Origin: Eledone cirrhosa
Taxonomy: Eukaryota
Length of the DNA: 64,000 nucleotides
Assembly: GCA_964016885.1 (NCBI GenBank)
Contig: OZ024743.1
Location: forward strand, 3,472,001 to 3,536,000
Direction: 5' to 3'
Shown in pieces: positions 56,791-64,000 of this stretch. The translations under genes and the position numbers were made by a program. The notes beneath the pieces were generated by a model. The model made no database searches. It worked only from the letters and a program-made list of their open reading frames with translations, and was not told where the DNA came from. The first letter of the stretch is position 1; each line of letters opens with the position of its first letter.

Positions 56791-57011
56791 CATACCAAAC
56801 ATACCACCACACACTACGTACACCTATTGCACCCTAGCATCAAGCTATGTCCTACAGAATCTTCTCGTCTCATCCATTTTTAACGAAGTCATTTGATATT
56901 TATTTAATATACTTGTGTGTCAAATTCAATACATCCACACACGCACACACACACACATATATATATATACACGTACATACGTAATACATACATGTATACA
57001 AACACACACAC

Positions 57012-57063
<52 letters not shown>

Positions 57064-57559
57064 CATACATACATACTTACATACATCCACTCACACACAA
57101 AGACATACATACGAACATATATACAGACACCCATAAACACACATACGAACATACATGCATACATACAAACACTCACTCACACATACATATTTATATATAT
57201 ATAGACACACATATACACATAAACACATACATTCATTTATGCACCTACTCACACGCACAGACATGCATATTCGCATGTACACACACACACACACGCATAC
57301 ACCGATACACAGAGCACCACCAACAAACATTCACGTGAGCCTAGTTTAACTGGTTGTCCCATGGGCAAGAAATAGCAGCCACATCTCCCTCAAATCAAAC
57401 TACCGTATTAAAGAAAAGGAATAAATTAGCAACTCTCATCCTGCTATTCCTGTACATAGGGAAAAGAGACGTTGATCTGACCATGTGTGCAAGTCATAGG
57501 ACTAAAGAACAACATGCTCACACACTTCTTGTGACGCTAAACTCCGCCAGTTGCAGACT

Positions 57560-57760
57560 GCGCATTCACCACAAAGTTCGATCACCAGCAGCATAGTTCA
57601 AAGAACAAAGATCAAGTCCAGTCCATAAGTTGACATTGTCAAGACATTATTTTTGGCTGCCGACCTCTGCTTCTCTTACCAGCCAACCTTCCTTCTAGGC
57701 ATAACCTACTCACACCACGAGTTGATCTTTTTATATGGCCGTATGGTCTAAGTTTGGAAA
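57560..57760 (-). mobile_element. RTE C-terminal fragment
   Basis: KLRPYGHIKR...LCLEGRLAGKRSRGRQ. Confidence 0.7.
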
Positions 57761-58181
57761 TGTTGAGCAGCTCACTGATACAGATGCGGTCGTTGAGCCG
57801 CTTACCAGTCACACACATATCAAAAATACACAAGTGATCCCCACCAATCACCCTTGTAGATATGTATGTTACTAACTGTTCGCTGTCCACTTCGTTTACA
57901 TACAACCACTCGGGTATCTAATGTAAATATACTTGTGTGTCAATTACAATACTTTTCACACATACAGTTAAACGCGCACGCACACACACATTCACATATA
58001 CATATACACATTGACTCGCACCTACTCTCATACATACGTACATGAACAGCTCAATTACATTTATACATAAATACATACATACACCTTCTCCATATATATA
58101 TATATATTTCGTTTCTGAATTTGTTGGCAACATGACCCTCCCAAAGTATAACAATATATATATATATATATATATAAAATC

Positions 58182-58309
58182 TTAAAAAAATAATGAATAA
58201 ACAAAGAAACAGTTCCTTATATTAAAAAAATTCATTATTTTACGATCGTAAAATAATGAATTTTTTTAATATAAGGAACTGTTTCTTTGTTTATTCATTA
58301 TTTTTTTAA
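58182..58309. repeat. Perfect spacerless palindrome, 64-bp arms
   Basis: Centre TACGA|TCGTA at 58245/58246. Confidence 0.9.
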
Positions 58310-58673
58310 TATTTTATCTTGACTCTGTTTTCCGTTTATTTTTCACCGAAAGTAGTTTTTGAATGCATCTTCTCTTTCCATGATATCCGGATTACATTGA
58401 GTTCTTCATACGGATTGGACACTACCGTAAACTTTTGGTAGATTTATCTACATATATATATATATGGAGAGGGTGTATGTATGTATATATATATATATAT
58501 ATATATATAAATGGAATAGAATGAAACGAAATTTCATTTCTCACTCTTAGAACGGCACTTACTTAAATGTAAGTATGTATGTATACGTACATACATATAT
58601 GTATACAGATGTACAATAGTATGTATATATATACATACATGCACACATATATATATGCACGTATATATATATT

Positions 58674-59032
58674 TAGGTTTGAAGGTTCACCACTGGATAG
58701 AGCTGGTCATTCCGTATGGTCAATCTTGATGTAATAATATAGAGAGTACTCAACGTAAAGCAGTTCAACCGTCTTCGTTTGTGTAGTTGGTGGTGCTATT
58801 ACGGAGTTAAATATTATAATAAAATAACAGGAGGCTGGACTTGTGTAAATCCTTGAAAGGTTTATTATACTATGATCATTTCAATGACCGGGTTGGGTAT
58901 GAATCCGGTGATATCATCAGGTATTCGAAATATAATAAATGAATGTAACAGATAAAATCCATGGGGCTGAAAATCATAGACCCGAGGACGACCGACCATC
59001 TAGCATCTTCCACTTTAGCCGGACGCCCTCAA
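58674..59032 (-). mobile_element. PLE pLTR (family E) with HHR at 58866-58925
   Basis: Homologous to 43535-43880. Confidence 0.75.
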
Positions 59033-59057
59033 GTATATATATATATATATGTATATA

Positions 59058-59460
59058 TTTCGTTTCTGAATTTGTTTAGCAAGATTCTTTATCTGAAAAC
59101 GTGTGTTGAAACCGATATTGTTATATTTTGGGAGGGTCATGTTGCCAATAAGAAACACACGCACCAGTTGCTTTCACTTCAATTTATTATAAATTAAATT
59201 TATAAATTTAGGAATTTATAAATTTCCGGTTGGTTGGTTGGTTCCACAACCAGATGATTGTTCATATATTGTCAAAGTTCTTTCGTCACACATTCTGTGA
59301 CCTCTTCAGTGACTGGGGATTCTTTTCTTTATTTTTGTGCCTCTCCTTTGTTCTGCGCTACGCCATCTTGTTTTTGTGTGTGTCGTGTGCTTAGTTTGCG
59401 CATGTGTTACATCCGGGTGTCTGTGTGTGTTTATATCTGTTTATTTATTTGTTTATTTAC
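59058..59460 (-). mobile_element. PLE pLTR (family C) with HHR at 59271-59313
   Basis: Minus strand: GTCA-CTGAAGA-GGTCAC AGAATGT GTGAC-GAAAGAACTT-TGAC. Confidence 0.75.
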
Positions 59461-59747
59461 ATGTTACTGGTATTATATATTAATATATTAATAAAAGGAA
59501 TTCCAATTTTGTCAGATTTACTCGTTTTATTTACAATCCTTTAAAATTATAATGGTATTATAATGGTATGGTAGAATATTAAATGTTAAGTGTTAATTGA
59601 ACAATATACTTTCATGCTTTTGCAGTCTTCAGGTTCATATTCTGTGGTGACAGTCAAGTTTGCAATTTTCAATATATATATATAGTTATACTTTGGGAGA
59701 GTCATGCTGCCAATAAAAACACACGCGCATATTAGTTTTCACTTTAA

Positions 59748-60100
59748 TCTATATATATACAACTGAGGATGTCTGTATGTGTGTGTGTGTATGTGTGTGT
59801 GAGTTTGAATCCCTAAAACTCGAGAAGCACCCAATCGACTGTTTTTAAACTTTACACATGTAATACTTATGTTTTAGGGAGTGCTCTGAGCAAAAGAAAT
59901 TTCAAATTTTCAATGCGCTAGGGACCGCATTAGGCGATTTAGCGATCTCTCTTTATAATTCTTAGTCTTTCTCTTTTTACATAGTTACATACATATAGCG
60001 CCGCGCCCTTATAATATCTGTCTGTATGTCTGCCTGTCTGCATTACGTCACTTCCCACAATTCCCTCTTCGTTCAGAACGCGCCCTTATAATATCTGTCT
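59748..60100 (+). mobile_element. Helitron 5' part (same family as 39534-40550)
   Basis: A|TCTATATATATACAACTGAGGATGTCTG...; reverse complement of about 40250-40550. Confidence 0.8.
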
Positions 60101-62035
60101 AGGCACCACCGTCCTCAGCAGCGAGTTCCTCACGGCAAATGTTTTGATTATTTGGTCTCATCTGAGACTAGACTTTTGGAAGACTTTCTGTACATTCTGT
60201 AAAAATTTCAGACCTCTTCTTTAAGTAATCATTTAAGAACATGAGCCTATAAAAAGAAAATCATCTTGTTTTTAACTAGACCCCGCCTCCTTCCTTCTCT
60301 GTCTTCTTCTGGATGATTGCTATTTTTTTCATGTTCAACTTGTTTTAATCCGATTAAACCAGTTGATTGTTGAGACCTGTGACTAAGTTGGTTCATAAAT
60401 GAGATCTAAAATCTGTTTTACTGTTTTGGTTTAAACATTCAAACAGAATAGTATATTAAACAATTTCATATCATGGCTTCTTTTCTTAGTTTTGTTTTTA
60501 GTTTGGCAGGAAACGAAATCTTATTAAATATATATACATACACACACGATTCAGCTCAAGTAACGGACATTGTCGGAATGTATACAGCACATATCTTGCA
60601 TAAGGAATTTGATAACCTACAAGGAGGAATTTATAGAGACGATACATTACTTTTAGCTAAAAGCCTAAATAATCAAAACTTAGAAAGATTACGTAAAAAG
60701 ATTAGAACATTCTTCAATAAATTAGGCCTAAATATCACTTTTGAACTTAACTCTAAAACAGCTACCTTCTTAGATGTATCACTTAACCTAAACACAGGAC
60801 TAATAGAACCCTTCCATAAAAATAGCGAAAAATCTAGCTTACATTACTTATAACTCTAATCACCCTCGCTCCATAATTAACTCCATAGCACATAGTATAT
60901 CCCTTAGAATTTCGCACTTATCTTCTAATCTAGAGATTTTTAACGAACACGCTAACTACTACAACATAGCTTTACTTAAGGCAAACTTTACATAAAGAGA
61001 GACTCAAATACATACCAGATACAAAAAATAACACACTTAACAGAAATAACACTATACACACCTATAGAAACAACAAATCTAGGACTAAACATAAACATTG
61101 GCAACAAGCACCAAAATTAATTGAACCGAATACTAATATAAGGACCTCTAGAAACTTTAGAAGATGCAAAGATTGAAAATAATTATGGTTCAATCCAATA
61201 TTTAACTCCTCTATAAAAACAAAACCACCTTATACTTTCTTTAAATTAATTGACAAACACTTCCCTAAACTTCATAAATACCATAAAATCTTTAATAGAA
61301 ATACTATCGAACTATCTTACTCCACTGCCAACAACATAGAATCGCACATACATAAAATTAACTACAAGAGAATTTCTAATACAAATAGCCCGCAAACAAG
61401 TACCATAAAACCAAATATAAAACTCAAACTCATAACATCATCACAACCAAACACACGTCAGAACACATCTCGACAATTCATCAATAAACCCAATTCTCAG
61501 CTCATGCATAACAACATACAAAACCGTATCGCGGAACCGGCACATAGGAAAGCATCAAAATGTAACTGTCATCTGCCTGATAAATGCCCATTACAAAATA
61601 GATGCCTGGAGTCAAATATATTGTACCTATGTGCTATAAATTCAGGCAACTTAGCATGGCACTACATACTACTACGACGGCGGGGGAGTTCAAGAAAAGG
61701 TGGTATGTCCACAGACACTCTATAAATAACAGGAAGCTTATGAATACAACGACGCTCGCCAATAAAATCTGGCAGCTCAAAGATACAAACCAGGAATACA
61801 GAATCAGCTGGATGAAGTTATTAACGGCAATAGCCTATAGAATTGGCATGTCCCACTGTGGTCTTTATAATATGGAACTATTCCATATTTTAAAATACAA
61901 CAAAATGCTACTTAACAGCAAAATTGAACGAACAATTTTCTGTATGCATAAAACGGCGACCAAATTCGATAATTTTAGACCAACTTAATTCATCCCATCT
62001 ATTCCATAACTCAAATTGTACCACTTAAAACTATT

Positions 62036-62500
62036 ATAATTGTTTCTACTGTTGGCACAAGGCCAGCAATTATCCCAGTGGATTACTGGTACTTTATTGT
62101 ATCGATCCCGTAAGGATGGAAGGCAAAGTTAACCTCGGCGGGATTTGAACTCAGATCATAAAGGGCCGTAATTCTATGCTGCAAAGCATGGCGTCCAACC
62201 CTCAACTGATACTGCCAATCCCTTAAATCTATTATAATAACCTATTATCATTATTATTATTATTATTATGGCGGTAGATTATTATTATTATTATGGCGGT
62301 GGATTGGGAGTATCGGTAGAGGGTCGGACGCCATGCTTTCCAGCATAGTTACGTCCCTTTATGATCTGAGTTCAAATCCCGCCGAGGTTGACTTTGCCTT
62401 TCATCCTTACGTGGTCGATAAAATAAAGTACCAGTAATGCACTGGGTGATTGCTGGCCTTGTGCCTAAAGTAGAAACAATTATTATTATTATTATTATTG
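62036..62500. mobile_element. Two SINE copies, head-to-head (62036-62222 minus; 62295-62500 plus), in (ATT)n
   Basis: Both match the dominant SINE; (ATT)n lies between and after them. Confidence 0.9.
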
Positions 62501-63109
62501 TCATCAACTGTCAATGAACCAACATCATAACCTTTTATATTTTATATTTTATATTTCTCTCTTTCATTTTCTATCTTTCTATTTCTCTCCCTAAATTTAT
62601 TTCATCTCTTACATTATGTCTTATCGTATTATTTTCACTTCTAATATAACTTACAATTAATTAATCAAATAATTAATTAATTATCTAATTAATTTATTAA
62701 AGTAACCAATACATGCATGAATATATTTAACATTTTCATGTTTATGCCATCGTATCTCTATATTTTAACCAACAACACCACAACAATCATACTATGTTTA
62801 CTTTTCACATATAAACATTTTTTATTTATTTATTTTCATATTTTGTATTGTTTTGTATTATCCTCGATGTAACTTGTTTATTAGCATTTATTCATTTATT
62901 GTTTATATCATTATTTCTCCCTTTCTTTTTCTTTTTCTTTACCTTTTATATTTTTTCTTTATCTCTTTCTCTTCTTTTTCTCTCCTCTTTTATCTCTGTC
63001 TTTTTTCTCTATATCTTTCTCTTTTTTCCTTTTCTCCTTTTTCTTTTTTCTCTCTCTTTCTTTATTAATGATGATGTAATTTGAATTTGTGACAACTGAA
63101 CATATTTTA

Positions 63110-63223
63110 ACAGTTTCTCTGATGATCTGGTTAAGCTAACAACGTATTTCAAATTGAGTGGCACAGCTTCAAGTGTTCAACAATTTTTAGACAACTTAAT
63201 CAGTGAAACAATTGTTAGACTGT
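63110..63223 (+). ncRNA. Type I hammerhead motif with about 80-nt stem II region
   Basis: ACAG..TCT-CTGATGA-TCTGGTTAAG...CTTAATCAGT-GAAAC-AATT-GTT-AGACTGT, then AATAAA. Confidence 0.7.
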
Positions 63224-63439
63224 AAATAAAACCCCTTTTTGTACTGTTGACCATGTTATTCATCACTCTTTCAATATTATTACTCCAAGATAAACTTACA
63301 TAGGAATGCAAGAGAACTCATAAACTCGCCACCTACGTAAACCCCTTGTTGAGTCAAACAACACCGTACGCTAAAACTATCTACAATACGAAGTATTCAC
63401 AACCTCTAACTGGATTACGTATAACGATATTTTGTTATC

Positions 63440-63537
<98 letters not shown>

Positions 63538-64000
63538 GTGTATATATATATATATGTGTATATATATATATATATATATGTAAAATATTGGAGGCCATAT
63601 TCAGTTGATTCAAAGAAAAAAGATCAGCAAGAAATTTCATATGCTGACCAAGATACTCTCATGGAATAACCAAACGAGTTCTTTTTTTCTTTCAACATAG
63701 TCCCTGGAAAGAAACATGCCGTTATTAACAAGGAGAGTTGAAATTAATGCATGCCATATTTCACAGCTCTAGCATCCCTTCCTCATATTCAGCTTATGAA
63801 CTTTTCAGACGAATTATTATATATATATAATATTATAATATTAATTCAAAATATTAACAAAATAGATATTCTTGTAATCAATTATATTTTATTATACATA
63901 TTTCAGAGGTACTGAGTTAAGTTCAACAGTACGTCCTCATCAGATAAAATAAAATGATACATGACATACCCTGACATAGTAGATGGTTAAGATTCAGTCA

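Larger units (their letters stand above)
60545..63440 (+). mobile_element. Penelope-like element (Naiad-type), 5'-truncated: RT C-half, GIY-YIG, 3'UTR and pLTR
   Basis: GIYRDD, FLDVSLNL, SNHP, LWFNP, IDKHFP..HKYHKIFNRNTIELSYS, CNC..CPL..C..NILY, FKKRW..H, TTLANKIWQLK, C.HK. HHR at 63110. Confidence 0.85.

Noticed and set aside
56208-56883. ORFs of about 210-220 aa
   Set aside because: Translations of a minisatellite; no domain content.
61160-61200. In-frame TGA in the Naiad-type PLE as possible selenocysteine (some Naiads encode selenoproteins)
   Set aside because: The TGA falls at an Arg-like position before LWFNP, next to a TAA. The conserved Cys positions use TGT/TGC (one is TAT). No SECIS was recognised. 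Best explained as decay.

Overview
AT-rich, microsatellite-dense eukaryotic intergenic or intronic DNA with no recognisable host protein-coding exon. The SINE and LINE repertoire looks like an octopod cephalopod (inference from recalled repeat families). Retroelements: four Tx1-clade LINE copies (one nearly full length with an 899-aa EN+RT ORF), a CR1-type LINE with an inverted 3' duplication, several RTE remnants, two CRE-type RLE-domain 3' ends, and Penelope-like elements (Neptune-type and Naiad-type) with many pseudo-LTR fragments carrying hammerhead ribozyme (HHR) motifs. DNA elements: an internally deleted Chapaev3-type transposon with intact TIRs and TAA TSD, non-autonomous Helitrons, hAT elements and other MITEs. 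Also present: many tRNA-derived SINEs and a full-length U6 snRNA retrocopy fused to a retroposon 3' tail. Most notable: (1) recurrent fold-back palindromes centred on stem II of HHRs that replace the CUGANGA core; (2) a 3' end and (ATT)n target preference apparently shared by the Tx1 LINE and the dominant SINE; (3) the U6-tail chimera; (4) an AG|GTAAGT site at the ORF1 stop and 5'UTR hairpins conserved in two diverged Tx1 families. All calls were made by eye, without database searches; boundaries of degraded elements are approximate.
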